Assembly (NCBI RefSeq): GCF_964355755.1
Contig: NC_092679.1
Coordinates: 13,251,432 to 13,315,431, forward strand
From: Antedon mediterranea
Taxonomy: Eukaryota > Animalia > Echinodermata
Direction of reading: 5' to 3'
Length of the DNA stretch: 64,000 nt
Positions 24,420 to 37,900 of the stretch are shown here, piece by piece. A program made the translations under genes and the position numbers. The number at the start of each line of letters is the position of its first letter. Position 1 is the first letter of the stretch. The notes under the pieces are model-generated. The model made no database searches, was not told the origin of the DNA, and worked only from the letters and a program-made list of their open reading frames with translations.

Positions 24420-26030
24420 AAACAGTACATGTACTGTAAACAGCCATGTACTGGATTGGTATTAGATTGTCCATATACTGGGCATGTCTTTACACATTTT
24501 GCATTGTACATTACATGAAGTGGACATGGTTGGCATAAGTACTTGTACAGTACTGTAACAGTTGCATGCAGTACATGAAATGAGTCTGGTGAAATTGGGA
24601 ACTGTGGCATTCAGTACATGAAATGAACAGGATTGCATACAGTATATGAAATGAACAAGGTTGCATACAGTACATGGAATTGGACAGGTTGCCTACAGTA
24701 CATACAATGTGCATAACAGTACCAGAACATTAAATAGGCATGGTTGCATACAGTGAATGAAATGGATATAGTTGCATACAGTACATGAAATGGGCATGGT
24801 TGCAAGCAGTACATGAAATGGGCATGGATGCATACATTACATTAAATGGACATGGTTGCACACAGTACAGTGCAGTACAGTAGATAAATGGGTATGGTTG
24901 TGTAGAGTATGTGAAATGAGGCATACAGTACATGAAATGGGCATGGATGCATACATTACATTAAATGGACATGGTTGCACACAGTACAGTGCAGTACAGT
25001 AGATAAATGGGTATGGTTGTGTAGAGTATGTGAAATGAGGCATACAGTACATGGAATGGGCATGGTTGCATATAGTACAGTACATGAAATGGGCATGGTT
25101 GCATACATTACATTAAATGGACATAGAATAAGCTACATGATGGCATACAGTGGAGTAGCATGGCATACATGGCAGTACACATGTAGTAGTCATAACAGCA
25201 TACAGTACACATACTGGGCATGGCAGTACACATGTAGTAGTCATAACAGCTTACAGTACACATACTGGGCATGGCAGTACACATGTAGTAGTCATAACAG
25301 CATATAGTACACATACTGGGCATGGCAGTACACATGTAGTAGTCATAACAGCTTACAGTACACATACTGGGCATGGCAGTACACATGTAGTAGTCATAAC
25401 AGCATACAGTACACATACTGGGGATGGCAGTACACATGTAGTAGTCATAACAGCATACAGTACACATACTGGGCATGGCAGTACACATGTAGTAGTCATA
25501 ACAGCATACACATACTGGGTATGGCAGTACACATGTAGTAGTCATAACAGCATACAGTACACCATTACATACAGTACATCATTACATACAGTATACAAGG
25601 CCTTAGGCATAGTATGTGTACTGGCCATGGTGACCAACAGTACAGCGTACAGTACATGTACTGGTCATGACAGCATACAGTACATGTGCTGGTCATGACA
25701 GCATACAGTTCACTCTACAATGTGTACTGAGCATAGAGTACACCATTACATACAGTATACAAGGCCTTAGGCATAGTATGTGTACTGGCCATGGCGACCA
25801 ACAGTACAGCATACAGTACATGTACTGGGCATAGCAGCATACTGTACAGTACATGTACTGGGCATAGCAGCATACAGTACATGTGCTGGTCATGACAGCA
25901 TACAGTTCACTCTAGTCTACAATGTGTACTGAGCATAGAGTACACCATTACATACAGTATACAAGGCCTAGGCATAGTATGTGTACTGGCCATGGCGACC
26001 AACAGTACACATACTATGCACACCAACATG
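24420..26030. repeat. Compound minisatellite: ~28-bp units with a ~119-bp duplication, a 51-bp array (25168-25560) and three ~170-210-bp units
   Basis: GCATACAGTACATGAAATGGGCATGGTT units; CATGGCAGTACACATGTAGTAGTCATAACAGCATACAGTACACATACTGGG x ~7.7; shared core GCATACAGTACA. Confidence 0.92.
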
Positions 26031-26857
26031 TTCAAATACAGTAATTGCCTGGTGATGTATAGTTGTGTAAAGAGCATTCTATCGTAGGAATGATAGTGTA
26101 CAGATTAAAATTGATTAATGCACAGTATAATATTGTTAAAAATTTGAGCCAGTCGTAGTGGTAGTAGTAGTAATAATAATAGTATTTGAATTTGTTTTCA
26201 TTAGACAAGGCCTAACACATTTAATAAAATGGTAATTCAATTTCAAAATAGAAATCCGATAATACTGATTTTTTTAACTGAAACTGAAAACGAACTAAAT
26301 ATAACAAATTTTAAATGTACAGTATAACAAAGTATAAAACAAAGCAAGGTCAAGACAATAACAAAGAAAAGTCAATAATATTCGAAAATACACCTTACAT
26401 GTTTTAGGTGTTAATACTTAGTTCATCAGTGATTTAATGTGTACAAATAATCTATATCACAAATTAGAGGATAAAACTGCTACAGTATGCAAGCAGGGAA
26501 CTAACTGTACAAATTCATTAAAAATATTTCTATATTGTTGTATTCTTCCTTTGTGATTGATTTATAGTCAACTTATTACCACAAATTTAATTTTCTATAC
26601 AGAACTTAACATTTAAACTATGAGCACTGCATTGTATTATTACAAACATTTTGAATTATTGCTTTAGTTGAAACGTTGATCTTTACCAATGTTTTAATCA
26701 CTCAAAAAATACCATCTTCCAAAAATTAGGTGCCTTCTTCACACTGTACATTTTTCGGTAAAACTTACCTAGGCCGTAGCCACTGACATAATGGCGCAGA
26801 GAGGGAAGCAAGCCCTTGTTGGAGCAAGATTATCAAACAACATAGCCTTGGTTAGAG

Positions 26858-26900
26858 CATGGACCTATACATTAGATGTAATATAAATTATAGGTCCATG
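26858..26900. mobile_element. 43-bp P-like mini element
   Basis: TIR CATGGACCTATA / TATAGGTCCATG; flanks GTTAGAG / GTTGGAG (7-bp TSD with 1 mismatch). Confidence 0.55.
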
Positions 26901-28530
26901 GTTGGAGAGAAGTCAAGTGGCTATTTATTAGATTGAACAAGTTGAAACCAGTTTAAACCGGTGGCAACAGCTTCTAGTAATATGGAATTGTCTGTTTGAT
27001 TGATCAACAATTGAGGGCACAATGTGGTATGGTGACAATACTACTTCTAGTGACTTCAGTATATGGATTAGACTAGCTCAGTCATTCTTTCTGAGCAAGG
27101 TATAATTGAGGTAAGTTGACAGAAAGGAAGTTATAAAAAGCATTGCCTGACAGGTCACTAGATTAGTTTTACCGAATAAAATTCAGTGTGAATGAGGTAC
27201 AGTTTTTCTATAATTACACCCTCTTGATCATATTTATTTGATGTCTTTTGACAATCTTAAGGTTAGGTTCACACTACTGATTCGGCCTTTACAACATATC
27301 AATCTTATTCCATGGTGCAATACCAGAATTCAAATGGTAGACTGCATTAGCCCTAGGTTTTAATGAAAGAGAAATTCCCTTGATGTGATTTATAAAGGAG
27401 CGAGTGACAGGTCCAAAATCGTATTAATGGAAACTAAAAGTATAATTTGGATTTAGAAACCCACAATGCAAAGCAATCTATAGGATACAACATATAATGC
27501 AGTAATAGTTGATTACCTTCAAGATATATATTATAAACAATAATTAAAATAATAATACATAAGAGAACTCTTAATCATGATTATTTGAGGTAAAAACTAA
27601 GTTTCTATGACAAAATGTCTGCAGTAATTTGGTAATAAAGATCAAAATATAAAATAACAATAAACTGTTTTCAGGTCAAAAAATCGTAATCCAATAAATG
27701 GGATACTAAAAATAAAAAAAGTGGTTTGTACGTAAAGATTTAGTGGCTACATAAGTTTGAGCATCAGTAAAAAATGTTGTGGACTTGCAATAGAGGTTAC
27801 CATTAAAAAAGGGTAAGTTAAACATTATGGCTATGGACATGAGGTTACAGCACAATAACAGGCTTAAAAAAAATGTTAATTTGAGGACAAACATTGAAAC
27901 AATACATAAAGTTAAGTGCTAAAATTACTGCAGTATTTATATGGAAATTGCTGAAGTAATGTATTTCACAGATTGCATAGAATACTACAAACAGGTAACA
28001 TGCTAATTAAAAAAAAACTAACAATGTCTGAAGTTTTTGTGGTGAAGTTGGCAGTATGTTGGGAAACAGTACCCTGTTCCTTTGGACGTTAGCATAACAT
28101 TACACTAGAAAAATAACTTGACGATAATTAGATATAAATATATATATATTTTTCTTACATAAAACAAAACAGTTTTCACCCTAAAACTAATATAGGATAT
28201 TAACCATACCATTTATGCTGCATTCAATCAAAGAATGTCATGATTAGTATAAGCAATAATATTTTTTATTCTTATTGATCATGATGTCATTTGATTGGAT
28301 TTTAAAATATTATTTTCATCAAAGACAACATAAATGTTATCCTTTGGTTCTAGTATAAAAACATTTCTAATTTCTTTTTTTTTATGTAAGAAAAATGTAT
28401 GTATCTATTTATCGTTATCGTCCTAGTGTACTCTTAAAAAAAACTTGCGTTTCACAGGAATTGTTGTCTTTTGAAATTTATTTGATTACAGAACCCTCTT
28501 CACCTTTGGAACTCAACATTTCCCCATTAA

Positions 28531-28712
28531 GAAACCTTTACACCTGCTCCCATCCGGCTGCGGCTCCAGTCGGATTGCATGTACAGAATTAACAAATTTT
28601 TGTTTTCAAGACGCGCCACATGCAAATCAAGTAAAAAGATTGGCGCAAGATGCGTCATGAAACATTGAGACCCAATGTTATTTGCCGGGTGCAGAGCAGG
28701 TGTGAAAGTGCC
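28531..28712. mobile_element. PIF/Harbinger-like MITE
   Basis: Imperfect TIR GAAACCTTTACACCTGCTC / GAGCAGGTGTGAAAGTGCC with TAA/TTA flanks; related end at ~22250-22325. Confidence 0.5.
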
Positions 28713-31348
28713 TTAAAAAGGGTGTGCCCTAAATAGCGTTGATCACAGTGTTACATATTTTGCTCCTTGTTTGCTTTTACACCTGCAACGGTGCATACTG
28801 TAATTTTGATATAGAATATAATTAAATCTTTGCAACAATAAATACTGTTCCGTGATCAATTTAAAGACCAACACCGTTAAAAATAACAATAACTTAAGAG
28901 TGAAATATAAATGCATTTGTCTTCACAAGACAGTTTAATACAATAGCTATATTGTAGGGATAATAACAAATTAATAATACTGTAATAGGAGTTTACTATA
29001 AAATGAAAACCAAATGTATTGATAGTATTAAGAAAAATTCACCTAAAGTAAAATAATTACTGCTCTGTAATGCTTCAATGTCCATACCTCACATTAACAA
29101 GCACACTGTATGGCTAAATATTAATTTCTAATAAAATATTTCGGCATGATTAGCAATTGTTATGTTGTCCAAGCACAGAATCAATACAGATTCAGATTAG
29201 GCTCAGTAGGATAATTTTTTTCTTCTTATAGTTTTGCCAATTTTGTGTTAATGAAAAAAAAAAAAAAACCTACTACTGGGACAAAATATATAAAAATCAA
29301 TCAGACATGCAATTTCAAAGAAAACTGCCTTTCTAAGGGGGAAGCTTAAAGAGAAGGCTATAGGCGGTGTTAGCAGAATAAGAGCTATTTGATGGACTAA
29401 TTCATTATCCAATAGTGGGTGTTATATAAAAGTTTTTTCATAATTGTATTTTCTTCTCTTTAGAGAGAGAGTTTATTGTTTGTTTATCCAGGTATAGGTT
29501 CGTAATAGACTAGGGCTGTATTATGAGTTAAGCTATTTTCTTTTCACTTTGTGCTTTGGCAATATAACAAATTTGTTTGGCTTATGTTCTTTTAAAACAG
29601 GTGTCATATAGTTTCCTACTGCATATCAGTAAACTTTACTCTTCTAACCATCCACAGTCAGTCATACTGACTAACACAACTCCAATAAATAGTTTCAGAT
29701 TTCTTGTTGATTAACAGTGGAAAAAACCAACATTATACGTACACATGATGTGAAGTGAAAATAGGCCTTCAAATGCATGTTTGGCATTCCATAGGCTTTG
29801 ACTGTCAAGTGAAGACAAAATGGTTGTCCAAATACACATTTGGCATTCAATAGACTGTCTCAAATGCAGATATGTTATCTTGTTTAATATATTTTAGTTA
29901 TTTTGTTTAATACTTGTAACAACCCCTAGATTGAATTGAATAGATGTATTATACGGTTAAATAGAAATTCTCATATTACAACACTTGGAAGAGGAATAGG
30001 ATTTTGACCAAAGACTTGGAATTGAAAGCAAAGCATGAATACCAACATATCTACATTACATTTAAACTGAACTCCAGAAAAAGTGTCAAAATTAGGCACC
30101 ACAATATTCACCACCATATTTTGTTTAGTTCATACTTTAATGACTATAATTCATTTGGTTTCATTATATTTATTACATTCTTCTTTTTCAGTGTTTATGG
30201 TTTTAAGATTCAAGTGTTTTACAGTAGCTTTGAAAATATCAAAGTCAAATATTACCAGCCATGCACAAAAAGCGTAAGCTATTCTACCAAAAATAATCAC
30301 TGGATATATTTGTAGTACCGTGTAAATTGAAAACAAGAAAAATTAAAGTTAACCTCATGATTTCAGTTTTGACCTAGTTCACCTGTGAGTTTACAAAAAG
30401 AGAGTTCAGTATAATTCTCAATATAAACATTAAAACAATTTTCAGCATTATTTGCTTATTATTACTTTGCATGATCTTGAAATACCAATCGACTCTGCAA
30501 TTGAATCGTATCAATATACCATAACATGCAGCGATTACAAATCTGCATATATATCATACATCTAATAAAAAAATAGTCACATATTTGTATAGAACAGTCC
30601 CTACTGGAAGGAATTAAGTAAGAATTGTTAAAAGAAATGTTGGGAATGTAATGTTTTATCTTAAGAACACAGATCAATCAACAATATATTTAAATTTTTT
30701 TTTACTAAGAATCGATTAGGAACATAGGTTTTCCAGAGATCGTTGTGTCTATTATGTTACAACCAAGAACTGCCTCGCATATCATGTTTAAATTAATTTT
30801 ACAAATATAATAATTATTAAAGTAGTGAATAAATATGAACTATTTTATTATTATTTATATAAAAAATGCGAGTGATTTCCATGGTCTATCTTTTTGTTCT
30901 TTCTCTATTCTAGGTAATGATTGGGTAATTTGTGTTACATTATTGCACAAGAGCAAAAAAAAAAAAATTAAATTAAACTGTTATATAAGAATCTTTCGCA
31001 ATTTCACAACCAATTAGTTAGTATCCTCATTCTGTCTAATAGCAGCAATAATATTCAGGATCATTCAACACAATCGTTTCCATTCCTCGCTCGTTTGCTG
31101 GTAGCTCAGTAGATTGAATAAAGGTTGCAAGATAACAGTGCTGCAGTTCGCTACTGTACCAAAACAGCTTGCGTCACAAAATTGTGTTGATAGCGTGAAA
31201 ATTTATTTGCATATAACACAAGAAACGACAATGTAGCTGGGTCCAAGCTTGAAGTTGCTACGTCGTTAAATATAATAGTAAATTACACATTCTTATAGGA
31301 ACGTCTGCAAACTTTATTTAAAGTAGGTTATCAGTATGCGTAGTATGG

Positions 31349-31929
31349 TCAAACACCTGGACCAGGAGTTCTATCATTATCTGTTGGAGGTCCGTGGAAA
31401 TATCCTCTTCTGTCACTACCCTCATTGTTATAATGTCCAGTCATTTGTATGGACATATGTGTCCCTGAGGGTGACCTGTGTGCTGAAGGTGAATGATGCA
31501 CGTGATATTGACTGTGCGACATTTGTGGCATGCCAGCCAATAAATTCATTGGAAAGTTCTCGTGCGTTTCCGGTTGTGCGCAAAATGACGTTTGCCAGCC
31601 TCTGTTGGCGGAGGAAGGTTCGTTTGGAATGTTTGATTGTTCTGTTTCAGGAGATGAAGGAAGATTTCTGAAATTCTGATTGGCTGGTTGAATAGGTTGG
31701 GGCAGCTTTTTAACTGTCCCTCTTGAATGTATATATGTCTTTGGGGGCAATTGTGGAATTCCATTTGTGTTTGAAGTCTTCGGGGGCACAGCTGGCGGTT
31801 GTCTGTTGGAGGTGGGTTTTGGGGGTAATGGTGGCAATGGCTGATTCCTTGATGGTCTTGGTGGAATCGGCGGTGGAATATGTTCAGTGTTTAGCGTGTG
31901 TCCAACTTGGCTTCTACTGTTTACTGAAG
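31349..31929 (-). CDS. SOS: SOS terminal exon, proline-rich GRB2-SH3-binding tail
   Basis: [27 protein letters not shown]; phase-1 acceptor at 31930-31931; stop at 31349. Confidence 0.9.
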
Positions 31930-34900
31930 CTGTGTGAAATAAATAAAAAATAGGTGTATTATCTACTTTGTTTCATTAAATAAATTTATGTATTTTATTT
32001 TTTAATTTATTTTGTTTATATTTTATTAAATCGAAATCAACAGCAATAATTACCGCCGCTAACAGGTTTGATACAAACAAGGCCAGGACTGTTTAAAGCA
32101 CCTTGATTGGGTCGTAACATCGATCAAGGGCTTCTCTCATCCAGTGCCCACCTTTACCAGAGGAAAGGCATGAGCCAATACGTCTGAGGTAGATACTAGA
32201 TGCAGGGGCTGCCATAAGAGTCAGCAGTGCTGATTTCAAATGCCTAACGGGACCCCAGCTCCATATACAGCACTCGATATTCCCAGATGGTCTCCCATCC
32301 AAGTTCTAACCAGGCCCAACGTTGCTTAACTTTGGTGATTTAACGAGAACCGGTGTTTTAACGTGGTAAAGCCGTATATATAGTAATAATCAATCGCATT
32401 TTATCAAATATCTAAGTGATTGAATGTGTACGATGATGTACAGTTGAAGCATAAAGGAAATAAAGTGATATACACAAGGTAAAAGAAATAGTGAGTTGGA
32501 AGTAATACTATAAGACTGTACTTGAAATGATAGAAAACTGTTGAGATTATTGGAGATTAATTGTAATAAATTGTATATGGAAATTGAAGAAAAGAATAAC
32601 TGGTGAAAATAGCACAGTAGTTGCATGATACTTGGAAGTATTGAGACCTTTGTTGAAATTATTGGAGAGTAATTGTATGAGGAAATAGGAGAAAGAAATA
32701 ATTGGTAGGAGGAGCAGATTGGTATCAGGAAACATTTTAACTTTTATCTCACTATTTATTTGCCAGCAACATTAATTGCAGTAACTTAGTTGCAGGTTGG
32801 TTGGTGATAACAGCAGAATGGGAGCAGAGACATGGGAGTTGTTCAATAGTTGCAGAAACATTTTTACTTTTATCTTTTATAATTTATTTACAGCATCGGA
32901 GACGTAGGAAGAGGACAAGAAGTTACGATATTGTGGACTTTGATTACTTGTTTAATTATTCATTCTGGGGTATTCCTGTAAATGTACTACTAATTGTTGA
33001 CATTTTTTCTGGAAGGACTGGGAAGTTTGGGGAGTTATAGAAATTGTGTTCGGAATAGGGATACTGTTAGGGATTGAATATTGATTGAGAATTGGATTGG
33101 GTTCTTTTTTTTGGAGGGGGGGGGGGGGAAATAGGAAGAAACGAATTGTTTTGCCAAACGTTATTATTAAATTTACTTTTACATATTATTGAGAGTTGTA
33201 CAAATCACTGTTGGTTCAAATAATTTACATATCTGAAAAAGCCGTTGTTGTGACAGACATGAATCAATTTATAAGAAATTTAAATGTCATCAATATTTAA
33301 TCTATCTATTGTACATGCAACACATTAAAATCAACTGACCTGGAATGTCAACAAAAGCATGTACGCTTGAAGGATCAAAAGCCACAGACGTTGGAGATGT
33401 TGGTGTGTGAGGTGATGACGGTGTATCTCGCTGTCCTCTTGGACATGATAAATTAGTTGTTTCATTATATATTCTCTGTAATAAAACAATGAAAACAAGT
33501 TATTATAAATACAAGTCATAGCAAGTCATAGTCATATATACTTTATTGTCCATTTAAAAAACAGAAATGTGATTTGAAAACTGGCAAAATACAAAAATAT
33601 AAAATACAATTTACAAAAAAACACACAAAAAGTTAAGAGGCTAAAAATTGTTAAAATTAGATAAAAATTATCGGTTACATTTTACCTTTGTACTCTGGAG
33701 TTATATAAGTGTATAGCATTAGGTACAAACGAGCACCTAAACCGTTTTGTTTTGGTATTAAGTGCACGTAGTCTTATGCCAGAATTCATGAGAGCAAATT
33801 GTTTGTGAAGAGGATGTGTTTCATCATCAATGATACTTTTTACTTTTTTTAACACATTTTCTTTATACAAGGATTCAACATCAGGTAAGTGCTCTCCTAC
33901 TAGTCTAATTGCTCTATTTCCTATTCGATTAAGTTTAATTTTATCTTTTTGCATTGTATTACCATAAAAACAAACATTACAAAAAAGTATTACACTGAGA
34001 ATTACAGAGTTATAAAACAATTTAAGTATAGTTTTGTCAATTTGTAGGTACTTCATTTTTCTTAAAATAAACATCCTTTGGTTGGCTTTGCATGTGGCTT
34101 TATTTACATTATTTATCCAATTTAGCTTATTGTCAATTATACAACCCAGATATTTGTACTCATTTACTACTTTAATCTCATTTTCATTTATAATCAGAGG
34201 TTCTAAGGGTTCTTTAATTTTCCTAAAATCAATTTGCATTTCTTTTGTTTTCTTTATGTTTAGTTTCAGGTTGTTATTGCAGCACCAGTGATAAAAATCA
34301 CATCCTAGTTGTCTATAGCTTGTTTCATCATTGCCAGTAATGTATCCAGTGATGACTGTGTCATCTGCATATTTTACTATACAACATTCATTTGAATTGG
34401 CTCTGAAACTGCTGGTGAACAGTGAAAACAACATTGGGGAGATAACAGACCCTTGTGGCGTGCCAATGCTAACAGTTCTTTTATCAGATAAAATACCGTT
34501 TAGTTTAACATACTGGAACCTTTTTGTTAAGAAATTATATATCCATGAAGTCAATGTGTCGTTTACGTTCATTTCTTTAAGTTTGCGTACTAATGAACCA
34601 GGTTCAACGGTATTAAAAGCACTAGAAAAATCTATATACAAACATCTTACATATGATTTAGGCACATCTAAATGTTGGTAAATATTATGTAAGTGGAAGA
34701 GCACAGCATCTTCAACACTTCTATTACTCTGATAGGCAAATTGGAGAGGATCGAGAAACAATTTGGTCTGATCAAGCAACTGCCTAAGTACAATCTTTTC
34801 TAGGCACTTACCAACATTGGATGTGATAGCTATTGGCTATTGGCTATTTTTTATTTAGGAATAGGTGAGATACAGGCCGTTTTCCATTGATTGGGCACTG

Positions 34901-37900
34901 TACCACTTGCTAAACTCTCATTAAAAAGTTTGGTATATATCGGTGCCAACTCTTGGTTGCAGTATTTAATAACACGATTTCCAATTCCATCAGGGCCAGT
35001 ACTTTTACCAGGCTTTACTTTGGCGAATACATTACCACAAAGGTGACAATGAAGAAAGCAGAAGAGGTAGGCTTTTGTAAAAAAACTTATACAGTTATAC
35101 CCTATTGAGAAGTTGTGTGAGTGGCCGAGCGGTTAAGACAGTGGAATCGTAATCCATAGCCATAACATTGGCAAGGGTTCGAGGCTCACTCGCTCCATGA
35201 TTCTGGTGGTAGAACAAGTCTTCGCGGATAAGGGACTATAAACTGTAGGTCCAGTGTATGCATATTGCTCGTGTGCACATTAAAAAACCTAGTACATCTT
35301 TCGAGACGAGTAGGGGTTACCCCGGTGTACTAGTTCACACACACTGTCGTGGACAGACATAGTTGGCTGCCGATGACACGATGTGACCCTTAGGGGAGAA
35401 GAATGTTGTTGAAAAGGTGTAACATCTAAGTCTGATCTTCATGACATTAGCGCTATATAAATGTTGCATTATATAGACGTGCATGGTATTGTGATCTGTT
35501 TGCATCCAACGGCAATGCAAAATCATGTTTATAAGCTAACTGATAAGTAATTGATATCACCCTTGTGATTAAGAATACAATCTTTATTACTCCTGGCCCA
35601 GTGATAACAATGTTAGGAGGTTGAACACTTACTTGCATGGACTGGTTTTTCCCCGTTGTTGGTGTTGTCTTTTGACCATCTATATGCACTCTACTGGGCT
35701 TTATGCCAGGTGATTTCAGAGGATATGTTGTCTTTCTTGGCTGAAATTGTCAGAATGTATTTACATTTAACATTTGTTATGCTAAAGTGGATATGTGCGC
35801 TTAACAAATCTTATTAATTAAGATAGATATTACTATTATTACCTTAATTTTACTTACATGTTTTGGAAGCCTATTATTTGTATTCCTGGGTTCAATTTCT
35901 AGTGATTTCTCATATATATATTGTTCAAATTCTGCCTCTGTCTTATTCCTTAGTGGATTTAAATTCTCAAAAAATTGCTGCAAAACAATATAATATATAC
36001 ATTTAATATAAACATGTTTACCACTTGACACATGGCACCTCAACAAAAGCCCAGAATAGAAAATGGCAAGTCTTGTAATGTTGGTCGGCAGGATACAATT
36101 GATTTTCTCAAAATGAAGCTAGAATGTGATTTGTATAATTTCAATAATAACACTTGAAAGGATACAGGTATAAAAATTAAACAAGCCCTCATTTTAAAGG
36201 TTATAAAAAATCTCTCAAATTTTAACTTTATTTAGCTCTAGCGAATCTATATAAAAACAATTAAAGCATTACCCTGATTTTTTTCTCAGCTATGAGACAG
36301 TACGGTTGGTTCTGGTACTGCTGAATCTCAGCTGTGATCTCAGCAACTCGCCGTCTCTTACTAAAGTTGATTAGATCAAAAGAGTCTGGCAGAAAGTCTG
36401 GGTTACCCTCCTCTGTCTTTAGAATGTTCGTTAAATACATTCCTATAAGCACAAAAAAAAAATGTACACTATCAAACTAGTTTGAAAAAAAGAAAGTGGG
36501 ATGGGCCCAAATTTAACATCATTGTGTCCCTATATGGGCACATAAAATAAAGTTTGATAGTGTAGACAGAGCTTAAGTTTTTTGTTTTTAAATTGCATAT
36601 TCCCGTCGTGGAAAGAATACATTATTGGCTGCACTGACATGATGTTACCTTTATGAGAGAAGTGTAGTTGGAAAGTCTAACCTCTGTGAGCAATGATTTA
36701 GTTGTTGGAATAGAGCTATACAAGAATTCATACTTGTACATTAAAATAACTTGGTAAATAGACTTCGTTATTGGAAAAAAATTTCAGGCATCGGTCTGGT
36801 CATGCCAGGCGTTTTCTACGCATGGTGGTAAAGGCATAAAATGAATTTTTTCAGCATTTCATATATAAATTTATACAGTTTTGACATGCATTTTTTGATA
36901 TTCAAAACAGTCAGGTGAGATGGTGGCTTAACAGGAGACTGACTTAAAATAAAGAAAACTCTATATATAATCTAATAATTACCAAAGAAAGGCACACATG
37001 GCGGATTTATTGAACGCAGTCTTTCTGTGTATTTCTTGTAATGGTTTGTAGTCAGCTCTTGTGCCTCCTCCAATATTTGCTTTTTCTTTGGTGTTAACTC
37101 CTTTTTATTAAAAGATGGTTTGAAATATTATAGTCAAATTTAACCAATTGTTAAATCCACTGAAAACATTTTCTCTACCACAGTTAATGTACAGAGTTAA
37201 TCTCCATGACATTCCATGACCTTTAGCCAGGTTAGAGTGTCATAGGAAAATGATAAAACAAACTTTTCTTTATCTTATTGTGTGTTTTTTTTTTAATTTA
37301 TGACCTTATATTATGAAAGCCAAATTAAGATTATAAATGGAATCTTATAAACACAAGATCATTGGTGTTCATATAAATGGTTTAAAAGCAGCTTACTTTT
37401 TAAGTAATGAGTATGTAGTACATAATTGACAGTGGACATTTTTAAATAAATTACGACACATACATTTTTTTTAAACATTTATATTTTTTTTTTAAATGTA
37501 TGTACAGTATTGTATTATATTTTGTGTGAAATAAATCTAAAACTGAAACTTTCAACACTAAAAATCTATTTGAAGCTTCATCATCGTTGATCAACTTCCT
37601 ATATTCAGCATAAATCTCATTTGAGTATAGTCGTACATGGGCATGGTCACATTTATACAGCTAAGCTTCCTAATTGGAATATTTTTGTTTTATGTCCTTT
37701 TCTTTTTAAATAAAAATAAAAGTGTCTCTTACCCTGATTGTATGCTCCAAACGATGGATAGGTGCTGATGACATTGCACTGGCTATTTCCATAACTCCAT
37801 TGAAATTATTCAACTCTTGCAAGACCTTTAAAATAAAAATTTTAAAAATGTTTTCCTCAAATAAATGCCCACGATATGCATACCATAAATCTTCTAATTG

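Noticed and set aside
24413-25893. Cys/Tyr/Met-rich ORFs resembling metallothionein or keratin-associated proteins
   Set aside because: Translations of TGTA/CATG-rich minisatellites, open in several frames and on both strands, with no splice or domain evidence.
31336-31953. Plus-strand ORFs 31336-31671 and 31723-31953 (also 34034-34681, 10072-10287, 37722-37976, 61905-62087)
   Set aside because: Antisense shadows of the SOS, LINE or GPCR coding sequences with no recognisable motifs.
32265-32379. Functional 5S rRNA gene
   Set aside because: Single intronic copy with damaged terminal stem and no oligo-T terminator; it continues into a SINE-like body.
35110-35200. tRNA gene (also 54845-54915)
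   Set aside because: A and B boxes are present but no proper cloverleaf; both continue into SINE bodies.
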